Shown here: positions 1 to 11,939 of the stretch, in pieces
Numbering within the stretch: position 1 is the stretch's first letter
Layout: each line of letters begins with the position of its first letter
Source: Utricularia gibba
Lineage: Eukaryota; Plantae; Magnoliophyta
Reading direction: 5' to 3'
NCBI GenBank assembly: GCA_002189035.1
Contig: NEEC01000021.1
Span: forward strand, 1,302,001 to 1,366,000
DNA: 64,000 bases
The notes under the pieces: model-generated
Database searches by the model: none
What the model was told of the DNA's origin: nothing
What the model saw: the letters and a program-made list of their open reading frames with translations, nothing else
Program-made: the position numbers and the translations under genes

Positions 1-63
1 CTAACCATATGTGTTCCCTCACTTGTGCAAAGTAAATTCTGAACTCAATCGAGAGATACTTAC

Positions 64-1263
64 TTGCTCTTGAAGTCCAATAGCTACTGTTCTTGAACTG
101 CACCTGACCATCAGCACTGCTGATTTGAAGCTAATAACCTTAACATACTTGTTTGAATTCATCGAATAAAACCGAACTGTTTTTGGGGAGTGAAAACTTT
201 TTCCACAAGGTGACTCGGCTGAAACATGCTGAGCATGCCCCGAGCCAGCTTGGTGAAATGGAGTGATCTTATCTTCACCATAGACCCCGGCAATAACAAC
301 CATGGGATGTGCTGATTCATACTTTCCAGTAACAGTGCCGATCCCTGGATACGGAAGCATCTGTAAGAATGTAGCTGGTCCATCACGTAGGGAAACCAAC
401 TCACTCAAAGTAGATGCATCGTCCACATCAAAGATCTGAAAACCGGTCAGATACCCAAGGAGTAGCACATGCCGGAAAGATGTTGGACAAAGCGCCAATT
501 TATCAAATCCAGCCCACAAGACCTGATTAGCACATTAGTTGGGGAACATGAGCGCCAAATCGCTAAGTCTAGATGAAAGCAATCGTCAATACTTGATCAT
601 TGCTTGAATATTGTCTAGTTCATAGATAACAATGTTTACAAGGATATATCAATACTAAAATCCTGCATACACATCAAACAGGAAACTAGTCATAACATGA
701 TGATAGTGGGACTCAACATTGCTAAAGGAAAGATTGAGAACAATGCACTCTACGCTGCATTTCATGCATAAGAAAACAAGATGATGAGAAGGGACAGAAA
801 ATATAACTGATTCAAATTAACTTTTATTATACAAGGTACACTGAAAAAAAGAATTACGTAATTTCTCCAAAGTTAGGATTTTACCTTGGCCTCCATATCC
901 CACTTCCAGAAAGATCAAATTTTTAAATACCCTCATCTCTATATGTATAGTATATCATATAACCCAACACGGCTCAGAGAATTGTGCTCATGAAATATGA
1001 TCAACTCAAAGACATAAAAGAATTCCACGAACAAGTGATTAACCATGTGCACTGCCAGAAAGAAATTAAAAAAATAAGATCAGCAAACAGAAGTACGGAA
1101 CCTGCTCCTTCCGCTCATCTCCATTTGAAATCGAAGCAGCGACAGTTGCGCTAGCCGATCGTACAGCCGTGCCCGCATTCGTGGATATCGTCTTGATACT
1201 AGACGAAATGACCTTCAAAGAACTCGGCAACAGTTTGCCGTTTCTCCCCTTGGCCTTTTTCAT
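64..1263 (-). CDS. ATG18: Autophagy-related protein 18 (ATG18g/h-type WD40 propeller), 5' part; gene continues off the left end
   Basis: Exon 1 is 1263-1102 (MKKAKGRNGKLLPSSLKVISSSIKTIS...ERKEQ, donor CAG|GT). Exon 2 is 522-64 (VLWAGFDKL...VLLLGYLTGFQIFDV...VRFYS...MVRCSSRTVAIGLQEQ, donor |GTAAGT). Matches the N-terminus of plant ATG18f/g/h as recalled. Confidence 0.9.
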
Positions 1264-1649
1264 CACGAACAATTCTTCTCTCACCTTTCCCCTCGATTAC
1301 ATCCTCTCTCAGCCCTTCACCACCGCCTCCGACACAAAAAACACTTCCTCATCCACTCCAGCGCCTCCACGCACCGACGCGCGCACCGCTACTCCCCTGA
1401 CCATCGAATAAAAAGATCGTCCAAAAAACAGCAACAATCTCAAGCTTTCCTCAAATCAATTCGAACGAATCGTTAAAGAATTTGGGACTTCGACTTGAAG
1501 CGAAAATGGATATCTGCAGTAACTTGCAACAACGGTCACAAGCATATATCCATCGAAGCTCTGTTTCTTCTCCAAGTTGCGTACGCAGTTAAAAAAAAGA
1601 AATTAATTACAAAAAGGAAATAAAGCGTCAGCGTTTCCGTACACGCCAC

Positions 1650-1700
1650 ATAGGTGTGTTTTGGGCCCATTTGGGCCTGATATTCTCGGCCCAATAAACC
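1650..1700. promoter_or_regulatory. Site II (TGGGCY/GGCCCA) cluster upstream of ATG18
   Basis: ttgggcccatttgggcctga and ggcccaat lie about 400 bp upstream of the ATG18 start. Confidence 0.45.
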
Positions 1701-2662
1701 GAACCCAACGAGCCTGGAGTGTTCAAATCCGTTCGTGAAGGATTTTGAATAAAAAATAATATTTAAACAATACTACTAAGTTATATTCATATTCTTTCAA
1801 CTAGAAAAAAATATACATTTAAAAAATCATTCGAAATAGATATATCAAAAGATTGAACCTGACGAGCCCTAAAGTCTTCACATTCCTTGGTTAAGGGATT
1901 TGTATATATTCGAATGAAAAATAGTATTAAATAATCTACATTAAGTATGTGTTTGATAATATAGTATAATTAATAATGTATTTGAGTTATTTGTATTTAA
2001 ATAAATATGTATTATATAATTGCGATTAAAGCTGATAGCTTTACTTCTAATTATTCAAAGAATGGAGTTGTAAATTCATAATATTTTAAATTTATGAAAT
2101 CAATTCATATTTGATAAAATAATTTCCTACAAAATTGTTTTTTTGGTTCTATTAATAATTTATTTGGATTTAAAATATTATAGAATGAAGCTTTAGTTTG
2201 GAAGCCTAGAATCTCATCATTTCAATTGTCATCAGTCAATTTGTGCAACTATTGAAAATTAACATAAAGTCAAGTCATTTTTCAAGTACTAAACCTTTGT
2301 TGAACGACTCGTTTTTCACAGTTCAATACGATCATTTCAAAACGAGATTCAAAACGATATATTGTAAGTGGCCAATGCGATCGACTTGAAACAAGTTAAA
2401 AACACAGTATGTTGTGTGGATTGATAATAATTGAAATATTTATATTATAACCAAATAAATACATGTTTCTATATGTCAGAAAAAACAAATATGAAATTAT
2501 AATATTATGCAGATCCGTGTTTCAGGGACACCTGTCCGATCGTGACACGTGAAGCTCGTGAGCAACACCCACTATAGCAAGTGCCCCTGCGAACCCTATC
2601 GTCTTATTTGGATAAGGTGATCTGAGTAAATTGGGGAACTAGGCCTCTGCAAAAAAAAAATT

Positions 2663-3842
2663 GAGTTAATTGGCTATGTAGGCCTCTGCAAAAAACTTCT
2701 TTGCTAAATGGCCCTATTTGGTATATTTTAGTTAAATGGCCCTATTTTATGTAGGTATTAGGTAAATAGCCCTATTTTTATCATAAATTAAAAAATAAAA
2801 TAATTATTATTTACGAAAAATATAATTAATGTATATATAATTCTATATTAATTAATGTTATGATTTTATATTTTTATTTCTACTCAAATTATATATATTT
2901 AATGATTTAATTTTAAAAATATAACATAAATATCAATATGAATATTTAGTAGTTATATTAAAATGTTTTCATAATAAATTAATATAAAAAAGATATGAAA
3001 GTATTTATACAAAATTATTATAGTAAATTTTTTAACTTAATTTATTTAACCCAAAAATATGTTATGGTACGTCGCCTAATGATATAATTAATACAAAATA
3101 GTATTTCTCAATATTTTTTTAAAAAATTAAATGTGAAAAATCTATTAATCAATATTTTTATCTATTTAGTATAATATTCGATTTTATACCTAATTTATTA
3201 AGTTATTTGACTAATATATTTTCATATTTAGTTTTTTTAAAAAAATTAAAAAAAATTATTATGTATTAATACATTATTAGATGATGTATCAAAACATATT
3301 TTTGGATTAAATAAATTCAATTGAAACATTTGATGCAATAATTTTTTATAAATATTTCCATTCTTTTTGAAATACTAATGAAACTAAGAATACTAAAAAA
3401 ACTAATATTATCATGAAATTACCTAAAATATAAAAAAAATTCATGATAATTATGCAAATTAATCAGTGAATTATAACAACAATCAATATCACAAAAAAGT
3501 TTCATTAGATTATGAAAACATTTTTAGTATAATCACAAAATAGTCATATTGATATATATGTTATATTTTTACAATTAAATAATTAAATATATCTAATTTT
3601 AATAGAAATAAAAATATAAATCGAAATATTAATTATAAAAAATTATATATATACACATGTAATGTATATTTAATATTATTTTATTATTTTTCGTAATAAC
3701 AATTATTTTATTCTTTATTTATGATAAAAGTAGAGCTATTTACCTAATACCTACAAAAAATAGGAATATTTAGCTAATGTCTACCAAATAGGGCCATTTA
3801 GCCAAGAGTTTTTTTGGAGAGGGCTATATAGCCAATTCACCC
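2663..3842. mobile_element. Non-autonomous Mutator-like/foldback DNA element with long terminal inverted repeats
   Basis: Left end gagttaattggctatgtaggcctctgcaaaaaacttctttgctaaatggccctatttggta matches the reverse complement of the right end (gggtgaattggctatatagccctctccaaaaaaactcttggctaaatggccctatttggta). Inverted homology continues about 300 bp and resumes internally (2997-3140 vs 3220-3360). G-starting long TIRs are typical of MULEs. No TSD found. Confidence 0.75.
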
Positions 3843-4050
3843 CAAAAACTGTATATTTTCTGCGAGTTTGCACATGTTTTTTGAGCTGTTCATCTCAAAC
3901 AATCTTGTTATTACATCCTCCAAACAAGCCACACAGGCACAACACAATGCACTCGAAGCAGACGATGCCTTCATTATTACAGCAAGCAGACAAGCACTGA
4001 AGCATGACAGATTGAAGGAGGTGGAGCGCTTCCTTCTTCTTTTGTGTCCC

Positions 4051-4682
4051 TCATTCCTGCAGATGATACGCCTCCACATCTTTCGTCAACTCGATGAAGA
4101 AGTTGATGAGGTAAAAAGGGTGTGGATTGTCGGGTTTCAGCAGCTCGTATTCAACGGACCAGGAGATGTAATCGATGCCGTCCTTCGTCTCCACGTCGAA
4201 TATTACTGTGACGTCTCTGTAGAGCTCCAAGTCATCTCCTTCCAGGATCTTGTACCTGACATGTCGCTTCTCGTCGTCTATCTCTTCCACCACCTGCTTC
4301 GCCCTTTGCTCCTTCCCTCTGATTCATCAAACCAGCATGAAAAAGGACAGATCAGTTGGAAGAAAGAGAAAGCAATTGAAGTTTATTAGAACAACTAATC
4401 AATAGTAATTGGTTAGATTTAATCTGTGTGTTCGTCCGATTCATATAATTCTTAATTTCAAGAGGTTAAATTCTGGGTACCGAGTGTGTACTTCCACTCG
4501 ATGATAGATCCAACTTCGCCGTAGTTCCCCTCATGGAGAAGGCAGGCTTGGCATTTGGAGGGGACTGTGTTGGCCAGATGATGCTGCCTCTTCGACATGA
4601 TGTCGTGGAATATGTCGCCCTCTGCTTTGTAGGCGACTACAGCAGTAAGCTTGTAGGAGATGGCATTCACAGCAGCAGCCAT
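4051..4682 (-). CDS. Major latex protein-like (Bet v1/MLP family), 2 exons
   Basis: Exon 1 is 4682-4481 (MAAAVNAISYKL...HEGNYGEVGSIIEWKYTL G|GT). Exon 2 is about 4318-4051 (GKEQRAKQVVEEIDDEK...YKILEGD...WSVEYE). TATAAA sits at 4735-4730, so the ORF-track ATG at 4730 is not the start. There is an apparent 1-nt loss in the G run just after the acceptor. Confidence 0.88.
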
Positions 4683-6455
4683 TGGAATCTGAGTGGTGTG
4701 CTGGACGAAAACCGTCGAGGTGCTGCGCATTTATAGAGGGAAAAAAAATGGAGTTTCTGGATCCAGAAACCCTTTGGATGGATGGGGGAGGGTGGGTACG
4801 GATACGGGATGACTCGACACCTACTATTTCAACTCGGATGCACAACTTGGTAAAATTACATTAACTGGATTTTGGAAAACTCATTTCCATTTTTAACTAT
4901 TTTTGTCTTTTAGTGAAAATAATGTTTTTAGATAATTATTTTTTTATCTTAAATTTATTAATATCTCTCATAATAACTTATATTTTTACATTTTTATTAA
5001 AATTTATCATACTTATTATTTTATTATTTTATCTCATATACTTTTTTATTTTATTCTTTCTTATCTTATCCGATCCCGATTTTTTTGGATTTTCCCTCTT
5101 TCTTTTTAAAATTGATAATATTATATTTTAACATTATATTATAATATATTATAATTATTAATATATTAATTAACACATGCAACTACTAATTATTAATAAT
5201 TACATAATTACTTGAAAATAATAATGTTGTAATAGCACCTATGTAAAGAATAATTTATTAATTATTATTTTTTTTGGAAAATAAGATAATAAATGGAGTT
5301 TCAAATTTTAAAATTTATTATATAATATTAAAACTCATGTAATCATATTTACAATAGAATATATAAAACATTATATTATCAAAACCAAATAATTTTGAAC
5401 GCAACCAATATTAGGGTAAACAAATTATTAGAACTTCTAATAGTCAATAATAGAATCCACAAAGTAAACTCTTCAATATAATATAAACTTCAAGATCAAT
5501 TTTCAACAAACAAATGTTAAATTAGCATGCATAATAACAGATCTCAATTAAAAAAACACTGCCCTAATTCTATGAAGGAAGCGCGGCCGAGAGGGATTGG
5601 GTAAGGTAATAAAGAATAAAATAAAAGAAATATCTGAGATAAAATAATAAAATAATGAGTATGGTAATTTTTGGTAAAAATATAAAAATATGGATTATTA
5701 TGAGAGATATTAATAAATTTGAGATAGAAAAAGAATTAATTAAAAATATTATTTGTACTAAAAGACAAAAATAGTTATAAGTAGGAATGAATTACACAAA
5801 ACACAGTTAATTATGGAATTTTTTCTGCATAACTCGGATTGATTTTTTAATAAAAAAAACATATAAATATGATATAAAAATAAAATTTGAAATAAATGCA
5901 ACATAAAATTAATGAACATGAAATACTAAAAGAAAATGATATAATGGTATCAAAGTCAAATAAAACAAATAATAAGAATGATTTGATAATTTTATGTATT
6001 ATTCGACCTGTTTTTTTTTTCTGAATATGAGTTATTGATGGATTGAAAACTTAGCTAGATAATAGCGACAGCTCCAATCAATCAATATTATGTGTATAGT
6101 GAGGTATGTTATGATAGGATACCAATCTATCATATTAGTAAGATTTTGTTTGATTTTACACTTAATTTTGACATTGGATATCAATTTGTTAAAAAAAACT
6201 ATGTTTTGGGGTAATATGCACGTCACGTTATAAAAATAAAAGTGAGATGCTTAGTATTTTATTATAGATAATAATACCCCAAATTAATTGTCAAATTATC
6301 TTCGATTTTGTCATCAATTTAGGGTTTTGAAAGAGAATGGGGAAGTTATTTTCTAAAATAGTTACTATTTTCATTAATTATACAATTTTATACACAATAT
6401 TAAAACAAGAAATGGCTACTCAGCCCCACGTCACAAACCAGATAACATGGGAATC

Positions 6456-6999
6456 TCAGAGGGACGAGTGCCTGAGCATGGCCTTCCTTCTTCTCTCAAT
6501 ATACGCATCAGACTTCTCGTTAATGTTCGACGGCACCCGCAGCCGCAGCCGAGGATTGCCGGGGTTCTTCTCCGGCGAGGGGAGCTCGATTTTAATCCCG
6601 ATGGCATCCTCTTCCCTCCTCGCAGGGTTTCCCTTCTTCCCGATGCGCTTCAGGCTCGATCCCTGCGTGTGCTTGAAATCGACAGAAACTTGGGAATCCA
6701 CGGCGGAATCGGAGCCGTGGATGGGGACGTCGATCGGCTGGGACGGCATCTTCATGCTTAAAAAGATCTTCCTGAGCATCTTGGAGAGGAGATGAGGACT
6801 GGGTGGAGGATGGCCGCCCATTTTGTAGGCAGGCTTCCCGTGTTGGATTCCATGGAAAGGAAAACTTCAAAGATTCTTTCCTTTGATTGAGGGCAACAAA
6901 AAGGGGCATCTTGGTGCCTGCTTTTCGTATGTTCAGATGGAGTTTACTGGTTCTCCATGGAAAAGATAGAGCTGACCTGGTAATTGATAGATATTCCAT
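6456..6999 (-). CDS. Intronless uncharacterised protein with DUF761-like C-terminal motif; apparent frameshift
   Basis: The C-terminus NINEKSDAYIERRRKAMLR resembles the DUF761 motif. The N-terminal frame (MEYLSITRS...LKFSF) and C-terminal frame (HPPPSPHLLSKMLRKIF...) overlap at about 6800-6870 in different frames. Confidence 0.5.
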
Positions 7000-7866
7000 T
7001 TTTATTCTCCTCACGTGTTTCTTAATATGGCCAACCTTCTATATTTAATGCAAAAAAACCTAAACAATGGAAGGTTGTGTTTTGTATAAGTTATTATTTA
7101 AGAAAGTATTCATTATAATACATATGGCATAACGTTTTGTAATTAAATTTATATATAAATTATTGAAATACTCATGTTAACAATAATATTTTTTTAAATA
7201 AATAGAACATGTTCTATAATTTGAAGTTATACTTTACATTATTTATAATATAATTAATTTTAATATTATGTGAATATAATCAATTTTTGTTGAGTTTAGC
7301 CAACAAAAATTAAAACAATGTATTACACAAACACTATTTACAATTACAAACAAATTTAATCGGATCAAAGACTAGTTTTAATTTAGAATGAGTATAAAAA
7401 TAATACTACATTATAAAATGAATGTGAAATAATTAAATATATAATATATTACATATCATCGATAATCGATTAAGTATAATCTTATTTAATGTGATTTCTG
7501 TTTTTTTTTTTTTTGCATATTTAGATTTCATGTTTGCTCATCCAATTTATTGAATCTTTAGTTTTAACATGTTATTTTTATTGTATTATGATATATTGTG
7601 AGAATTAAAGCTAAATAAAAGTAATGATTAGTTTATTTGACAAAGAAATAGAGAGTTTCATAACATATTTCACCAGCGCGGGCGACGTTTCGTGTTCCGT
7701 ACATGGGCATGGAGCGCATCGAGGTTGTAATAATATTATCAACCTCGTTTGCGAGGTGTGCAGCTCTGTCGAAATGCATTGATGCATCTGACCTTTCGAG
7801 TTCCGATGGTGTGAGTCTACATAGTACCCTGAAGCTGCATCGTGATTCATACTGAGAGTTGCTGCG

Positions 7867-9475
7867 ATGGTAGACTCCGTGGGCAAGGAGCCATCTTGGC
7901 CAGGCGCATCGTCTTCTTTATGGTCAATGAATAAGGTTGTCGGATCCCACGTTTTTACGGTCAGGAATTTCTCCTTGGCCAGAGGAATCGGTGCTGGGGA
8001 ATGCATATGCTCCGATGAGATTCGTGTTGGTGGCTGCACGTGGAAGATTGAACTCTATCCTGATTCTCGAATTACACACCCTGCTGATAGTGTCTCAGTT
8101 TATCTCAGATTTGTCGCAGGGGAGATCGGCACAAGGGCAACTTGTAGGATGATTTTTTCAGATCAAAGAGGAGAGAAAGACCACCTGGTTATAGAGTGGG
8201 AGATACCTTTTAAATTTGGTTACTTAGTCACTTAGTTGTGAGAGCATCTGTTTCCACGCAATTCTACGTGACACTTCCATTTTGTTTATTAAATTTTCGG
8301 AAATCATTGTGTAGATGTAGTTTTGTTTCCAGATTTCCATTGAATATAATTTTCATTTTCATTATGAAAATCCATTAAAATGAACATAGAAAAGATGACA
8401 TCTCAAATTTCCAGAAATAATTTATATTATGTAAATAATTGTAAATAAAATAGAAATTTAGTAACTAAATTTCCGGAAACATATTAAATCTGACATTACA
8501 CTCCAAATTTCCGGAAATGTTGTGAGTCTCTTCTGCTCATCCCCTGGTCACATTTTTTGAACTTTTCTTTTGATCTAATTCATAATATGTAGTTATAAAC
8601 GCAAATATTGTTGATCGTAGTCCATGTTCCAAATAATTTAAATGGGATGATGTGTCGACTGGATCCTTCTTCAAAGGCGACTGTTTCCAGATCCGTTGCA
8701 CAGTCACTGTGTTGAAGCCGGCAAAGATACTGAACCCCATTGCGTTACCTCCTCCGGTTATAAATCTTCATCTACAGAATCTACTGGAAACTGGGATTGC
8801 AGGAGATGTAACCTTTCATGTTGCCGGAGAACTGCTCTCAGCTCACAAGGTGATTCTCGCTGCTCGCTCCCCGTTTTCAAACAACAGTTCTTCGGATCAC
8901 TGAAAGCCGGAGCCGGCAGCGTCGGCCCCATCAAGATTCAAGAAACGGATCCGCATGTCTTTAAGGTTCGACAGGAGATGCAAACTTTACACCAGTCATT
9001 GTCCTCATAGATTTCCTGTTCTTCACATTTTCATTCTCGCAGGCTGTGCTTCATTTCATATATAGCGACGCCTTACCCTCCTCGGATCCGCGCAAACCGG
9101 CCGAAATGCACAGAGATCTACTCGCCGTTGCGGATCGATACGATATCTAACCTCTGAAATCACTCTGTGCGGCGCATCTCAGCGAGAGCGTCTCAGCCGA
9201 CACAGTTACTTCGACATGGGCACTTGCAGAGCGGCACCATTGTGCTTCTCTGAAGTCATACTGCACAGAATAGGTCGCTGCACTTCAAAATCTTCAAGGT
9301 ATAACGGTACCCATAAACGTTTTTCTGGTTTTCAATCAACACCTTGAATTCTTTCTCCTTTGCAGATGTGGTGAAGTCCAGTGATTTCAAGGAGATTCAC
9401 GCAAGCGAACCATCAGTGTGCGTCGATTTTCTTGTCTCGGTCATCTGCTTCGAAAGGAACTCCTCTACTAATTAG
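7867..9475 (+). pseudogene. MATH-BTB (BPM-like) pseudogene, copy 1
   Basis: MATH (HVFTVRNFS...VGGCTWKIELYP), BTB (DVTFHVAGELLSAHKVILAARSP) and BACK-like exons are collinear with copy 2. In-frame substitution stops occur at TAG 8233, TAA 8634, TAA 9148 and TAG 9271, with a frameshift at about 8870. Confidence 0.88.
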
Positions 9476-10158
9476 AGAACTGCCGAGTTGGAGACTTCTT
9501 TGAAGTATGAAATACAGTAAAATAAATGAATGCTATAATTTTTTTTCTTCAAAATTTTGTTTTTGTGAATCCCTTATTAATTATCTGAGAAAAATGATTA
9601 TTTTAACTAAAATTTTTTGATTAATTGTATGATAGAGAATGGACAGATGGTAAAATGTCACGTTCTACGCCCATTATTCATTTTGAAAACTATAAAATAT
9701 ATTTGATCTTAAATCATATAATTAGAATCTTAATTTAATTACCAATCACCATTAAGATTTAAAATTTTAAAATTAGGTTTGAAGGATTTTGATTTTGTAT
9801 GGGGTATTTTGTAAATAAAATTTAAAACTTTTAAACAGAGAAATAGAGCTTGATGACTTATTGAATGGGGTGTATTATAAATTTGGGCATTCTCTTAGCA
9901 TTTCACGAGAAAAGAAATCATTTATACTATACGTCTGGCCACTTTTGTAATATTTAGACAGAGTGGTCGACTTTTCGAATTCCGTACACTGGAATGTAGG
10001 GCATCGAGATTGCAGTAATATTATCAGCCTCGTTTGCGAGGTGTGCATCCATCTCTGCCAACTATCACCGCATTGATGTATCCGACCTTTCGAGTTCCGA
10101 TGGTGTGCGTCTACATAGTACCGTTAAGCTGCATGGGGATTCATACTGCGCTGCTGTG

Positions 10159-11496
10159 ATGGTAGACTGTGTGGGCAAGGAGCCATCTCGGCCAGGCGCA
10201 TCGTCTTCCGTATGGTCATTGAATAAGGTGGTCGGATCCCACGTTTTTACGGTCAGGAATTTCTCCTTGGCCAGAGGAATCGGTGTTGGGAAGTCCATAT
10301 CTTCCGATGAGTTTGCTGTTGGTGGCTGCACGTGGAAGATTCAACTCTATCCTGACGGCGATGCTACAGACCGCTGATTATATCTCAGTTTATCTCAGGT
10401 TTGTCGCAGGGGAGATCGGCACAAGGGCAACTTTTGAGATGATTTTTTCGGATCAAAGAGGAGAGAAAGAGCACCTGGTTCCGAAGGAAAAGGATCCTTT
10501 CGAATTTAAACACTTAACCATTGGACGGTGTCTCTAATGCTCCTTGCACAGTCGCATTTTTAAAATTTTTATAGAGTTTCTTTTGATCTACTTGAGAAGG
10601 TGTTGATGTTATACTGTTGATCATAGGGATGGCCCAAATGCTTTCAATGGGATGATGAATCCTTCCTGAAAGGCGACTGTTTCCAGATCTGCTGCACAGT
10701 CACCGTCTTGAAGCCGGAAAAGATACCCAAGCCAATTGCGTTACCTCCTTCTGATATCAATCTTCATGTACAAAATCTGCTGGAAACTGGGATTGGAGGA
10801 GATGTAACTTTTGATGTTGACGGAGAATTGCTTTCAGCTCACAAGCTGATTCTCGCTGCTCGCTCCCCGGTTTTCAAACAACAGTTTTTCGGATCACTCA
10901 AAGACGGAGCCGACAGCGTTGGCCCCATCAAAATTCAAGAAACGGAAGCGCAGGTTTTCAAGGTTGGGAAAAAGATGCAAACTTTAACAGTCATTCTCCT
11001 CACAGGTTTCATATTCTTTTGGTCCTCGCAGGCTCTGCTTCATTACATATATTGCGATGACTTACCCCACTCCGACACCTCCTGGACTCACACTCCGACC
11101 GACATGCATCGACGCCTACTCTGCGTGGCGGATCGATACGATATCGAGCGTTTGAAATCACTCTGTGCAGCGCATCTTAGCGAGAACGTCTCAGTCGACA
11201 CAGTTACTTCGACTTTTGCACTTGCAGAGCGACACCATTGTCCTTCGTTGAAGTCATACTGCATTGAATACGTTGCTGCGCTTCAAAATCTCCAAGGCAA
11301 ACCCCTGTTCTTAAAAGGTTTTCAGGTTTCGGCGTTTTCAATCAACATGCAAAATTCTTCCTACTTTGCAGATGTGGCGAATTCAAGTGATTTCAAGGAG
11401 ATTGAAGCAAGTGAACCTTCGGTGTGCTTCGGTTTTGTTATGTCGGTCTTCTCCTTCGAAAGGAACACCTCTGCTAAATCCAATGCCTTCAAATAA
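10159..11496 (+). CDS. MATH-BTB (BPM-like CUL3 adaptor), copy 2, 4 exons
   Basis: Exons are about 10159-10527, 10627-10962, 11032-11296 and 11372-11496. MATH, BTB (DVTFDVDGELLSAHKLILAARSPVF) and ALLHYIYCD...ADRYDIERLKSLC motifs are present. Two -1 shifts (about 10372 and at the acceptor 10627) may be artefacts. Confidence 0.8.
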
Positions 11497-11939
11497 AATA
11501 ACTGCCGAGTTGGAAACTTTCTCTGAAGGCATGATCTACTTTGCTGGTTGCATCTTCATTCATTCTGCAATCCCCTTCATCGATTCATCAGTTAAAACAC
11601 TTGCTTATCGGCGACTTCCGGCAACCCCATATACCATAATCTATTAAAAACAAAGTAACAGTGAGGATTAGAACCACCCAAACAAGATCGGAATTCATTG
11701 ATCTTCAAAACCGCTGGTTGGTAAGAAGCAGCAACTGCAGAAATGGTTTCTTCCACTTGGGAGCTGAAGGGGTTAATATAGAAATTTAAGGTTTTCGAGG
11801 AGTGTCCTTGCAAATCAAGCAAAAGTTCGAATACTAACGAGTTAATATAGAAATTAAAATATTTCTTATATATATAAATATATCTCTTGGGATTTGAAAA
11901 AAGTTATCGAGTTACGGTTGTTTCTGCTTCACAAGGAAG

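Noticed and set aside
4310-4325. MLP as pseudogene or user of a cryptic GAG acceptor
   Set aside because: One extra G in the run after the acceptor restores EGKEQ, the same pattern as the other homopolymer errors.
3868-4389. Long antisense ORFs over real genes (for example 3868-4389, 6337-6795, 41978-42469)
   Set aside because: These are shadow frames of GC-rich coding exons on the opposite strand.
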